Sequence record: MK308637.1
DNA length: 32,000 nucleotides
Reading direction: 5' to 3' (one strand)
Origin: Microbacterium phage Schubert
Shown piece after piece: positions 9,430-17,911 of this stretch. The notes beneath the pieces are model-generated. The model was given only the letters and a program-made list of their open reading frames with translations, made no database searches and had not been told where the DNA came from. The stretch's first letter is position 1; the number at the start of each line of letters is the position of its first letter. Both the position numbers and the translations under genes were made by a program.

Positions 9430-9923
9430 TGGCTACTCTTGAGACCCCGCCTACCCCGGAGTATGGTCCGAGCACCTTCTCCGACCTGGCTGAGCTGGCC
9501 CGCATTCTCAAGGACAACGACGATGCCCTCAACCAGGACATCGAGAACATCAGTGGAGGAGGCGGGGTCACCATCAGCAAGGCACCCGTGACTCTGGCCA
9601 GCGGCTACTCCAACAACTCCGCATATGAGGCGCTGGCAGCGGTCAAGATCGGCACCCTGGCCACGCTGGAGAGCGGGGTGATCAACTGTCCGCCCAGCTT
9701 CAGCTCTGTCACTTACTACACCATCGGCACCCTGCCCACGGGCTTCCGCCCGACCAACGGGAAGCACCGTATGGGCTTCGCTGGCGTCTACTCGGGCACC
9801 GGCATCTTCCCTGTCCAGTTCCGTGTCAACCAGGACGGCACCCTCAACTTCCTGTGCCCGGTGGCGATCAGCGGAGCGAACTACCTCGTGGTCCCGGCGC
9901 TGACCTGGGAGGTGGCGTCCTGA
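9423..9923 (+). CDS. Tail fibre/minor tail protein (hypothetical)
   Basis: MVMATLETPPTPEYGPSTFSDLAELARILKDNDDALNQDIENISGGGG...; fibre-like short coiled region followed by Gly-rich linker. Start at 9423 or 9429. Confidence 0.6.
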   Translation: MVMATLETPPTPEYGPSTFSDLAELARILKDNDDALNQDIENISGGGGVTISKAPVTLASGYSNNSAYEALAAVKIGTLATLESGVINCPPSFSSVTYYTIGTLPTGFRPTNGKHRMGFAGVYSGTGIFPVQFRVNQDGTLNFLCPVAISGANYLVVPALTWEVAS

Positions 9924-12052
9924 TGGGACAGCGAGTAGCTCTCTGGCACGTTGCCCAGACCGTGCGTACTGATGGGGTTCTCGACAAGTATGGGGACAGA
10001 ATCGATGACGTGTTCCTGGTCAGCTACCTGCTGACTGATAGCGGTCTGGAGAACCTGAGTATTCAGAACACGGTGGAGGCGGCTAGAGCCAAGTGGCCTC
10101 GTATCCGCTGGTGGCTTACCTTGCAGGCATTCCAGTCTTCCTCCTTCAAGAAGCTGGGCGATCCCAACGACCCGCTGACCGTGCAGGTGCTCAACCAGCT
10201 CGACGCTATCTACGCGACATACCCGTGGATTCATGGTCTGGACATCGACGCGGAGGGCTTCCAGTCCAACGCCACCACGTCCGAAGTGATGGCCGCGTAT
10301 CGCACGCTGGGGGACCACGCACGCTCCCACGGCAAGAAGGTGTCCGCCGCGCTCCCTGCCGCTACCGAGGGCAACTACTCGGTCGGTGGGGAGTCCTGGC
10401 TGGACTACAAGATGTTCGGCGCGTACTTCGACCATGTGGCCATCATGACCTACGACTTCGCATGGTCTGGGTCCGCACCTGGCCCTATCGCTCCTCGATT
10501 CTGGGTTCAGCAGGTGTACGACTGGGCAGTCAGCCAGATCCCCCGGAACAAGATCCTGATGGGCGTCCCTGCCTATGGTCAGAACTGGAGCATCCACGCG
10601 CCGGTGGAAGACCTTCCTGGCTATCCCGGCTGGCCGTACCGGGGCAACTCTGGAGCATACTACTGGTTCTGGTTTATGTCAACTGGTCAGTGGGGAGCCA
10701 TGATCGGGGACGACCAGCCCACGTGGAAGCAGACCCGTGCGAGCTGGTTGACCTACCGTGACAAGGAGACCAACAGCCCGTTCACGCTGATCGGTTGCTA
10801 CTGGTGGGCCACGGCTACCCACGTGTCTGCTCAGAACGGCATGGCGGCTCTCTCGTACAACGGCAAGCCCTATCTGGTACGATACGGCAAGGCGGCGGCA
10901 GACGTCGTCGGACAGATGGCAGACCAGCGTGTCACAGATCAGTACCTGGAGCACATCGTACGGCCTATCCAGATCGTAGACTCCAACGGGTCGTGGCACA
11001 ACCAAGACGTACACAACCTGACTCTCGAGGTCCTGCAGAGGCCTCCCCAGTCGGCCACCATTATGGATGATGACTGCTCTAACACGGGGTCTCTGGACAT
11101 CTACTACACCAAGACCGGCACGTGGTCCCACTGGCGGCAGGGCGACCCTCTGATGGACCCCAGGACGCCGGGTCAGTTTCGTGTGGCCGGTGCAGGTCGT
11201 CTTAGCCTGACCAACATCGATGGCGGAGGGGAGTACCATGTCCAGGGAAGGTTCCAGTTCCCGCAGTCGTCCGGACGAGCTGGCGTGTTCTGTGGTTCGT
11301 TCGAGGCTACGGTCGACCCGTCTGGGACCCTCACGCTGGCCCGTAACGGCACCACTCTGGCCACATGGAGTGTCGCCGGTCCCGGCTCCAGTAGCACTCC
11401 CTTCCGCGGTCGAGCTGTGGTGGGACTCCGTGTCCGCGGGAACCGTGCCCGAGTGTACTATGGTCTCACAGAGGACAGCATGAGCCTGATCGGTACCTAC
11501 GTTGACAGCTCGTACACGGCTGGACCTTCTGGTATGATCTCCACGGCTGGTCCGGTGTGGTTTGACCACGTGCGATGGGGAGACGGCTGGTGGTACAACC
11601 CTCGCGAGGCTGTCGACGTTCAGGTTGGAGGATTCACGTTCACCAACGTGGGCAGGGTGCCCCGGACCAACGTCACGTGGGACTCGTACAACCGCTTCCG
11701 CCCGAACACTGACGTGGAGGAGATCGATACCCGCACCAAGTCCATCTCACCCGACTGGGAGTTCGTCCACGTGAAGAACGTGGGCATCCCGGCTGGTGTG
11801 GACAGGGCAGTCCGTATCATCCCTCGGGACATCGAGGTCTGGGTCGGGACTGTCTATCTCTGCGATCCCAAGGGGACCGCGCTCTGCCACTACTCGGATG
11901 CTGAGTACATGGCTCACTGTCGTACCCTCGCTGACCAGGAATGGGGTCTGGGCGGAATCGCCGTCTGGCGTCTTGGGCAGGAGGATACCCGCTTCTGGGA
12001 GCGGATCAAAGGTGGTCGTCTCGACCCGGACAACAGGATCCAGATCCTGTAG
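9923..12052 (+). CDS. Tail protein with GH18-like glycoside hydrolase domain
   Basis: MGQRVALWHVAQTVRTDGVL...; contains IHGLDIDAEGF (GH18 DxxDxDxE-type active site, codons around 10235-10254), VAIMTYDFAW and KILMGVPAYGQNW; C-terminal beta-rich extension. Confidence 0.75.
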   Translation: MGQRVALWHVAQTVRTDGVLDKYGDRIDDVFLVSYLLTDSGLENLSIQNTVEAARAKWPRIRWWLTLQAFQSSSFKKLGDPNDPLTVQVLNQLDAIYATYPWIHGLDIDAEGFQSNATTSEVMAAYRTLGDHARSHGKKVSAALPAATEGNYSVGGESWLDYKMFGAYFDHVAIMTYDFAWSGSAPGPIAPRFWVQQVYDWAVSQIPRNKILMGVPAYGQNWSIHAPVEDLPGYPGWPYRGNSGAYYWFWFMSTGQWGAMIGDDQPTWKQTRASWLTYRDKETNSPFTLIGCYWWATATHVSAQNGMAALSYNGKPYLVRYGKAAADVVGQMADQRVTDQYLEHIVRPIQIVDSNGSWHNQDVHNLTLEVLQRPPQSATIMDDDCSNTGSLDIYYTKTGTWSHWRQGDPLMDPRTPGQFRVAGAGRLSLTNIDGGGEYHVQGRFQFPQSSGRAGVFCGSFEATVDPSGTLTLARNGTTLATWSVAGPGSSSTPFRGRAVVGLRVRGNRARVYYGLTEDSMSLIGTYVDSSYTAGPSGMISTAGPVWFDHVRWGDGWWYNPREAVDVQVGGFTFTNVGRVPRTNVTWDSYNRFRPNTDVEEIDTRTKSISPDWEFVHVKNVGIPAGVDRAVRIIPRDIEVWVGTVYLCDPKGTALCHYSDAEYMAHCRTLADQEWGLGGIAVWRLGQEDTRFWERIKGGRLDPDNRIQIL

Positions 12053-12088
12053 TCGGCCACACCGTACAAGAAAGAGAAGGAGAGCAAC

Positions 12089-12952
12089 ATGCCTACCTGG
12101 GCACCGAACACCGATCGGGTGGTGAACACCTCGTGGGGTCGTTCCCGGCAGGGAGCGGCAGTCACCGGCATCTGGGTACACCACCAGGCCGACGGAGAAG
12201 GTCACGACTCCATCGACTACATGATCAACTGGAACTCTCGAGGGTCTCACCCGACCTACGCCATCGACGACAACGACCAGGCCACGGTCGTGGGAATCAT
12301 CCATCCTGACTACTGCCCCTCGTCGACTGGATACTCGAACGACCAGAGCGCCATCACTGTGGAGATCGCTAACATCTCCGGTGCTCCGGACTGGGAGGTA
12401 TCTCAGAGAGCTCTCGAGGAGCTGGCTCAGATCATCGCCCACCACGCGAAGGAGTCGCCTCGCGAGAACCGTGCTGAGTTCAACCGTCCGGGAGTCACGC
12501 AGAAGGGCTTCTGGGTCGGCATCCACAAGCAGGTGATGGCGACGGCGTGCCCCGGCCCGTTCGTAGAGCGGAACATCGAGTGGGTCATCAACAGGGCGAA
12601 CGAGATCATGAACGGGTCGTCGCCGAAGCCGAAGCCGGGGAAGCCTGCGAACACTCCCGCGGCACCTGGCAAGGCTCCCGCCTTCCCCCTCCCGAACGGA
12701 TGGTACTTCGGTCCTCGGTCGGGTCCTGTCTACTCGGTTTCCGGCTACTACTCCTACCGCAATGAGCTCAAGATGTGGCAGGCTCAGATGCAGAAGCGCG
12801 GATGGGACTTCAGTCGGTATGGTGTGGACGGCCTGTACGGCGCTGAGACCCGTGAGAACGCCATTGCCTTCCAGAAGGAGAAGGGCCTCAAGGTCGACGG
12901 GCTGATCGGTCCGGAGACCTGGCGTGCCGCGTGGGAGGCTCCTATCACCTGA
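12089..12952 (+). CDS. Endolysin: N-acetylmuramoyl-L-alanine amidase with C-terminal peptidoglycan-binding domain
   Basis: VTGIWVHHQADGEG...SAITVEIAN...HKQVMATACPGP (amidase_2 pattern) and GVDGLYGAETRENAIAFQKEKGLKVDGLIGPETW (PG_binding_1); RBS aaggagag. Confidence 0.9.
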   Translation: MPTWAPNTDRVVNTSWGRSRQGAAVTGIWVHHQADGEGHDSIDYMINWNSRGSHPTYAIDDNDQATVVGIIHPDYCPSSTGYSNDQSAITVEIANISGAPDWEVSQRALEELAQIIAHHAKESPRENRAEFNRPGVTQKGFWVGIHKQVMATACPGPFVERNIEWVINRANEIMNGSSPKPKPGKPANTPAAPGKAPAFPLPNGWYFGPRSGPVYSVSGYYSYRNELKMWQAQMQKRGWDFSRYGVDGLYGAETRENAIAFQKEKGLKVDGLIGPETWRAAWEAPIT

Positions 12953-13003
12953 GTCCCTCCTGCTACCCGGACCACCACGTCTATAGTAAGGATTCATAGT
13001 AAC

Positions 13004-13399
13004 ATGTTGGAAGCGCTCGAGGTAGTCCGGGCAGTTGCTGATACCCTGATGCCCCTGTTGGTTGCGGCAGTCACCGCTCTTGGCGGCATCATGGTGGCTA
13101 AGCTCAATCGGGTTCAGAAGGACTCGGCTGAGGCAGTCAAGAAGGTAGATAAGGTCCAGCAGGACATCATCACCAACCACGGTAGTAAGAACATCGGTGA
13201 TGCTATTGACCGCCTGACCACCAAGGTACAGGTCATCGGAGACAACCAGGATGACCTCATCCGCACGGTGAAGGGTATGCAGGCCAGGGACGAGGCGCTC
13301 GAGCACCGTATGACTGCAGTCGAGCACCGTAGTGGGATTCACCCTCGCACCGGACCCATGTATCATATCAACAAGCGATTCAAGAGAAGGAAGTACTGA
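13004..13399 (+). CDS. Small membrane-anchored coiled-coil protein, holin-like/DUF2746-like lysis cassette member
   Basis: N-terminal TM segment (ADTLMPLLVAAVTALGGIMVAKL) followed by a charged helical region; between lysin and holin. Confidence 0.6.
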   Translation: MLEALEVVRAVADTLMPLLVAAVTALGGIMVAKLNRVQKDSAEAVKKVDKVQQDIITNHGSKNIGDAIDRLTTKVQVIGDNQDDLIRTVKGMQARDEALEHRMTAVEHRSGIHPRTGPMYHINKRFKRRKY

Positions 13400-13400
13400 G

Positions 13401-13706
13401 ATGGACATCGTGACCACTATCGCGACCGTACCCGCTGTCATCGCGCTGGTGACCCTGGCCAAGGACTTGGGTCTGCCGTCGCGCCTCTCCCCGCTCCTCG
13501 CCGTCGTGCTCGGTGTGGCCGTGGCGCTGTTCGACCTGTTCGCCACGGGGAGCGTCCTGGGCACCCAGAACATCCTGCAGACGATCGGCACGGGCATCAT
13601 CCTGGGTCTGTCGGCCTCCGGACTGTACGACGGAGCACGTGTGCTGTCGCCCAAGCAGAACACCGTCGTGGTCCAGGAGGACCCGACCACTAAGCCCTCC
13701 AGCTGA
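13401..13706 (+). CDS. Probable holin
   Basis: MDIVTTIATVPAVIALVTLAKDLGLPSRLSPLLAVVLGVAVALFDLFATG...QTIGTGIILGLSASGLYDGAR: two or more TM helices, charged C-terminus; follows lysin. Confidence 0.7.
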   Translation: MDIVTTIATVPAVIALVTLAKDLGLPSRLSPLLAVVLGVAVALFDLFATGSVLGTQNILQTIGTGIILGLSASGLYDGARVLSPKQNTVVVQEDPTTKPSS

Positions 13707-13738
13707 CTGCTGGAGTACACTGAAGAAGGGTAATCCAA

Positions 13739-14137
13739 ATGACCAACTACTACGAAATCGGCGGTAACTTCCGCTGGGACGGCAACCTGACGAACTTCAC
13801 CACCTACCGTATCCAGAACTCCGGCAAGCGTGCGTACTTCAGCATCACGTACTCCGAGGGCTACCGGGGAAACAGCATCATCATGGCGAACGCGAACTCC
13901 TACTGGATGCTCGGCATCCGGCGGCGGAACACTTCGACGATCTACTGGTGCATGCCGTACAGCTCTACTGGAGGCACCGCTCAGAGCCACGGATGGTTCC
14001 TTGGAGGCTACTCCAACCTCCCTGCCGGTGAGTACGCAGTCTCCGCGAAGGCGTACAGCTCGTACCCGAACGGGTACACGGGTAACGAGCGTATCCGCTT
14101 CGGTGGCACCCTCGCGCTGAACTACCCCGCCCGGTGA
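13739..14137 (+). CDS. Hypothetical Tyr/Ser/Asn-rich protein at the end of the late operon
   Basis: 132 aa ORF, start preceded by GAAGAAGGGTAATCCAA; ends just before the terminator-like hairpin. Confidence 0.6.
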   Translation: MTNYYEIGGNFRWDGNLTNFTTYRIQNSGKRAYFSITYSEGYRGNSIIMANANSYWMLGIRRRNTSTIYWCMPYSSTGGTAQSHGWFLGGYSNLPAGEYAVSAKAYSSYPNGYTGNERIRFGGTLALNYPAR

Positions 14138-14156
14138 TCTGACCCATCACAAGAAG

Positions 14157-14190
14157 AAGGCTCCCCTAGCCATGTGGCCGGGGGAGCCTT
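14157..14190. terminator. Hairpin between convergent transcription units (bidirectional terminator candidate)
   Basis: AAGGCTCCCC (14157-14166) / GGGGAGCCTT (14181-14190), 10-bp perfect stem with 14-nt loop; separates the + strand late genes from the - strand genes. Confidence 0.8.
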
Positions 14191-14199
14191 CCCTTGTGC

Positions 14200-14460
14200 T
14201 CACCGTTCTCCGAACAACCCTCCCGGGGTTCGCATCTCGGTGGCCCGGATGATAGTGTCGACCGACTCCTGCCCGCGCTTCTTGTTCAGGAAGTTGGCCG
14301 CTCCACTGGGGTTGAGCTTGAGTGCCGCCTCGACGTTGGCGCGAGCCGCGCGCAGGTCGTGGAGGATGACGTTGGTGTGGATGCTGGTGCCGAACCCCTC
14401 GGCAACCGACTGGACCATCGCAACCACGATGCCCTCCTCGACCGTCATGTCCTTGTCCAT
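14200..14460 (-). CDS. Hypothetical protein
   Basis: MDKDMTVEEGIVVAMVQSVAEGFGTS...; RBS AAGGAG upstream of the ATG at 14460. The track start (14502) lies at/inside the predicted promoter/TSS. Confidence 0.65.
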   Translation of the reverse strand: MDKDMTVEEGIVVAMVQSVAEGFGTSIHTNVILHDLRAARANVEAALKLNPSGAANFLNKKRGQESVDTIIRATEMRTPGGLFGER

Positions 14461-14507
14461 CTTGTGCTCCTTAAGTTGAAGGTGGGGTACTGCTTCTAAC
14501 ACTTAGA

Positions 14508-14536
14508 AGTTTACCCCACCTCAACCAGGAAAGCAA
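14508..14536 (-). promoter_or_regulatory. Sigma-70-like promoter: TTGCTT-17-TAAACT
   Basis: + strand AGTTTA 14508-14513, 17 bp, AAGCAA 14531-14536; repeated element family, flanks with inverted repeat GGTGGGGTA (14481-14489)/TACCCCACC (14512-14520). Confidence 0.75.
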
Positions 14537-14550
14537 ATCGAAAATCTAAA

Positions 14551-14916
14551 TCAGTACAGGATGCTCCAGTTGCCCTCATCCAGGAGACCGATGCCCTTGG
14601 CGTAGACTCCCTCGCGCTTGGCCCACTCGATGAACTCTCCCTTGAGGTTGCGGAGCGGGATGCCGTTCTCGACGTCCACTCGGATGGCGACGGGGCGACC
14701 CTGCACGGTGCCGTGGATGTAGGAGATGTCTGCCATGCGACCCAGACCCGGCCACACACCAGTCAGGATACGAACTCGGCTGATGTGGCCTCCGCGAGCC
14801 TTGAGCTCAGCCAGCGTGATGGATTCGTAGTCTACGGTGCTGTGGTATTCGTGGCCATTCTCCAGACCGTTGGTCTCCCGGACCCCGTAGCGCTCGGCGA
14901 GGGTGTTGGCGTTCAT
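14551..14916 (-). CDS. Hypothetical protein
   Basis: MNANTLAERYGVRETNGLENGHEYHS...; RBS CTTCAAGGAGAAC before ATG. Confidence 0.65.
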   Translation of the reverse strand: MNANTLAERYGVRETNGLENGHEYHSTVDYESITLAELKARGGHISRVRILTGVWPGLGRMADISYIHGTVQGRPVAIRVDVENGIPLRNLKGEFIEWAKREGVYAKGIGLLDEGNWSILY

Positions 14917-14955
14917 GATAGTTCTCCTTGAAGTTGTGATGGTACTGATAGAATC

Positions 14956-14984
14956 AGTTTAGCACACCTTCAGAAGGTGCGCAA
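14956..14984 (-). promoter_or_regulatory. Sigma-70-like promoter: TTGCGC-17-TAAACT
   Basis: + strand AGTTTA 14956-14961, 17 bp, GCGCAA 14979-14984; spacer contains CACCTTC-A-GAAGGTG palindrome (14965-14979). Confidence 0.75.
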
Positions 14985-14988
14985 GTGC

Positions 14989-15270
14989 TTACTGGAAGTT
15001 TCCCGTGCTAGGACCGAAACCAGACAGGAGCAGGGCCAGCAGAGTCAGGCTTCCCTTGATCACGTCGTCACCGTAGATGCTCCACCAGATCAGGAAGCAT
15101 GCTGCGATGACCACCAGGGCCACGGCCACCAGGACGGGAATCCACAGGAGCACGGTCAGAACCTTGCTCAGGAACGACGAGCGCTCCTCATACTCCATCA
15201 GGGGAGCACCAGTGGCGTTCAGGAGGTCCTCGAAGGACTCGACGGTACGGGGTTCAAGCGTGGTGTTCAT
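14989..15270 (-). CDS. Small membrane protein
   Basis: MNTTLEPRTVESFEDLLNATGAPLMEYEERSSFLSKVLTVLLWIPVLVAVALVVIAACFLIWWSIYG...: two predicted TM segments; RBS GAGGAAG. Confidence 0.6.
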   Translation of the reverse strand: MNTTLEPRTVESFEDLLNATGAPLMEYEERSSFLSKVLTVLLWIPVLVAVALVVIAACFLIWWSIYGDDVIKGSLTLLALLLSGFGPSTGNFQ

Positions 15271-16927
15271 TGTCTTCTTCCTCTACAGGTTTCTGGATGA
15301 TCTTGAGCTGTTCGTTCAAGTAATGCTGATTATTGCCCATCTTGGTCTGGATCGCAAGCCTGAGGAAGTCCGGGTAGTCTTCCGTAGGGTCTGCCAGGCT
15401 CAGAATAAAGTCCGACCAACCATGCAGAGCCGTACTGCCCAGGATCTTCTCCTGGATGCTCTCACCCTTCTCGAAGACACGCTTACGAGTGTGGTGGATG
15501 AACATGACAGCGCACTTGGTTGACTTAGCGATCTCCTTGAGCTCCTTGAGGATGGCGTACATGTCCTTGGACTGGGACACGTCTGCCTTACCGATAGCCA
15601 TGCTGAGCGTATCGATGATCACGAGCTTGAGGTCATACCGGATGATGGTCTCCCGGAGCCTCTGCTGGTCCGCCTCATCACTGAGGTCGATCGGTCGGAA
15701 CGCAGTCAGGAACGGCATCGGAACAGGAGGCTCCCAGATGAGGCCATCGCTGGCTCTGGTGATGTGGCCGTCCCAGTGATACTTGCCCCGGCCACGATCA
15801 TGGTCGAGATAGCTACTCAGCCGGTGGGCGAACAGGTACTCCCCATCCTCGAGGGAGAAGAACCCCACTCCCTGCTTCTTGCGGACGGGGAGGCCGAGAG
15901 GCCTGCGACCCGTGGCAACGCCAAGAGCCAGCTCCATAGCAACACGGGTCTTGCCGACCTTCGGTGCCGCTACCAGGAGGCCGCACCCTGCCTCAGGGAT
16001 GATGTTGGGGACGACCCAATTGAGAGGCGTGCGGAGTACCGTGCCGAACTCGTCAGCCGTAGCCATGTCCCAGGCAGAGATCTCCTCTTCCTGGTCATTG
16101 CCTGATGCCGCTTCAGTAGGACGCTCCCGGTCTACGCTAGGCTCCGGCTGCTGTTCGTAGGCTCGAGCGATGTCTTCCTTGAGGCGCTCAGGCTCGTCCT
16201 TCCACTTGTTCCACTTGGTGGCCTTGACGATCTTGAAGGTGAGGTCCTGAGGGAGACCCAGCTCCGCCGCGCTACGGGCCACCTTCCAGATGATCTTGGA
16301 ACGGTCTCCGTACGGATCGTCTGCTCCCAGGTCACTGGCCAGACCGGGTGAGAACCCCAGACCCTTGGCCACACGGGTCAGGACCTGTCCTCGCGTGAAG
16401 ACCGTGTTCGTATTGCGCAGGATGCGACCCTGGAAGGGCCTGCGCTTGTGGTGCCAGGTGCCGGGCACTCGCAGGAGCTGTCCGATGTCCACGCCGGACT
16501 TGTCGCCACCGAGTGCCTGAGTCAGCATCCCCATGAATCCGTCTCGGTGGTACTCACTACGGTCTAGATAGTCCTTCAGGAGCCAGACTGCCTGCTTGTG
16601 GCCAGGGCTGGTCTCCCACATGAAGGTGGGCTTGAGAGACTGTAGGAGCTCATCGTTGTATGACTCATCGCAGTCCACCCAGATGACCCGCTGTGCCGGG
16701 TACTCCTTGGCCTTACGACTGTCGCTACTGGACACGGCAGGGGTCCAGTACCAGTCTACGGAGTCCCGAAGTTCGGGGAGCTTAGGGTTACGGGCGTCCA
16801 GTACTGCACCCTCCCGGAACTTCTGGTTGCTAGTGCCGATGGCCGCGATGTGGGGCACCCAGACGTTGCCATCAACGCCAGAGTGCCTCCACACCTTGCG
16901 GATCAGTCTGAGAGACTCTGTATCCAC
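15254..16927 (-). CDS. Primase-helicase/RepA-like ATPase (N-terminal primase-like domain, C-terminal RecA-fold ATPase)
   Basis: N-term VIWVDCDE...MWETSPGHKQAVWLL; C-term Walker A LLVAAPKVGKTRVA, Walker B-like LKLVIIDTLSM, then VMFIHHTRK. Confidence 0.75.
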   Translation of the reverse strand: MDTESLRLIRKVWRHSGVDGNVWVPHIAAIGTSNQKFREGAVLDARNPKLPELRDSVDWYWTPAVSSSDSRKAKEYPAQRVIWVDCDESYNDELLQSLKPTFMWETSPGHKQAVWLLKDYLDRSEYHRDGFMGMLTQALGGDKSGVDIGQLLRVPGTWHHKRRPFQGRILRNTNTVFTRGQVLTRVAKGLGFSPGLASDLGADDPYGDRSKIIWKVARSAAELGLPQDLTFKIVKATKWNKWKDEPERLKEDIARAYEQQPEPSVDRERPTEAASGNDQEEEISAWDMATADEFGTVLRTPLNWVVPNIIPEAGCGLLVAAPKVGKTRVAMELALGVATGRRPLGLPVRKKQGVGFFSLEDGEYLFAHRLSSYLDHDRGRGKYHWDGHITRASDGLIWEPPVPMPFLTAFRPIDLSDEADQQRLRETIIRYDLKLVIIDTLSMAIGKADVSQSKDMYAILKELKEIAKSTKCAVMFIHHTRKRVFEKGESIQEKILGSTALHGWSDFILSLADPTEDYPDFLRLAIQTKMGNNQHYLNEQLKIIQKPVEEEDNEHHA

Positions 16928-17196
16928 TCTACTACTTCCTGAGCCTTGGGGTCATAGCTGACGAACGTCTTGCCGCCTGCCTGACGGAACTTCTTGAGAA
17001 CGTACTGCTGTGCTGGTGATGGCTTCTCCTTGGCCGACCTCTTGGCCTCAATGGCGAAGAATCGACCATGTGCACAACCAAGGACGTCGGGGGTCCCTTT
17101 CAGCTGAAAGGAACCCCCGTGGGTACGCAGAGCGTAGACCCCGTCGATGGAGTTGAGAGTAGCCAGCATCCGCCTAACTACCTCAGCCTCCTGCAT
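16903..17196 (-). CDS. VRR-NUC domain nuclease
   Basis: FQLKGTPDVLGCAHGRFFAIEAKRS...PSPAQQYVLKKFRQAGGKTFV: small VRR-NUC pattern (GxPD...EAK...Q). Confidence 0.8.
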   Translation of the reverse strand: MQEAEVVRRMLATLNSIDGVYALRTHGGSFQLKGTPDVLGCAHGRFFAIEAKRSAKEKPSPAQQYVLKKFRQAGGKTFVSYDPKAQEVVEWIQSLSD

Positions 17197-17199
17197 CGG

Positions 17200-17883
17200 T
17201 CAGCGACGGCGGACGGTGCGCTTGGCGGCAGGAGCGGCCTTCTTCGCAGGAGCACGACGCTTGGGAGCGGGCTCAGGCTCCTCCTCGTCCTCGTCCTCCT
17301 CGTCGTCGAAGTCCTCGTCCTCGAGCTCCTCATCGTCGAGGTCGTCCTCATCGAACTCCTCGTCGTCCTCCTCGAGCTCTTCGTCGTCGAAGTCGTCCTC
17401 GTCCTCCGCCTCGTCGGCGTCCTCCTCGAACTCCTCGTCCAGGTCCTCGTCGTCCTCCGGCTCCTCCTCAGCCGAGTCGTCGGCGTCCTCGAGGATGTCG
17501 AGACCGTAGGTGCCCTGCACCTGCGAGCGGACGTTGCCGTTGTACGAGTCGTCCTCGACCTCGATAACGATCGTAGAACCGACGATCTTCTCAGGGTCGA
17601 TCTGAAGCGCCTTCTTCGGCACGGACATACCAGCGGCCACGAGCAGGTCGCGGAGCTTCCAGAGCTGGTTCTGCTGGAGCTTGCAGTAGTACGGGAACCG
17701 ACGGCTCTTGTACTTGGTGTCCGTGGGCACCAGCGCGTACACGAGCATCGCCGTGCCGTCCTGAGCCTCGGTCTCCTGCACACCAGCGACGGTGGCCTTG
17801 TACAGACCCTCAGGGATCTGACGCGTGTTCCAGCCCGAGCGCTCCTCGGTCTTGGAGAAGTCGAGACGGATCTTCTTAGCCAT
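17200..17883 (-). CDS. Probable ssDNA-binding/annealing-associated protein (DUF669-like) with long acidic and basic C-terminal tails
   Basis: MAKKIRLDFSKTEERSGWNTRQIPEGLYKATVAGVQETEAQDGTAMLVY...; next to Sak4-like ATPase and Cas4-like nuclease; tail EEPEDDEDLDEEFEED... then KRRAPAKKAAPAAKRTVRRR. Confidence 0.65.
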   Translation of the reverse strand: MAKKIRLDFSKTEERSGWNTRQIPEGLYKATVAGVQETEAQDGTAMLVYALVPTDTKYKSRRFPYYCKLQQNQLWKLRDLLVAAGMSVPKKALQIDPEKIVGSTIVIEVEDDSYNGNVRSQVQGTYGLDILEDADDSAEEEPEDDEDLDEEFEEDADEAEDEDDFDDEELEEDDEEFDEDDLDDEELEDEDFDDEEDEDEEEPEPAPKRRAPAKKAAPAAKRTVRRR

Positions 17884-17911
17884 GATGTTTCCTCTTTCTA
17901 TGGGTTCTCGA

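Noticed and set aside
11747-13990. 747-aa - strand ORF spanning GH18 tail gene, lysin, holin and orphan gene
   Set aside because: Crosses four well-supported + strand genes with SD sequences; translation looks like an antisense artefact.
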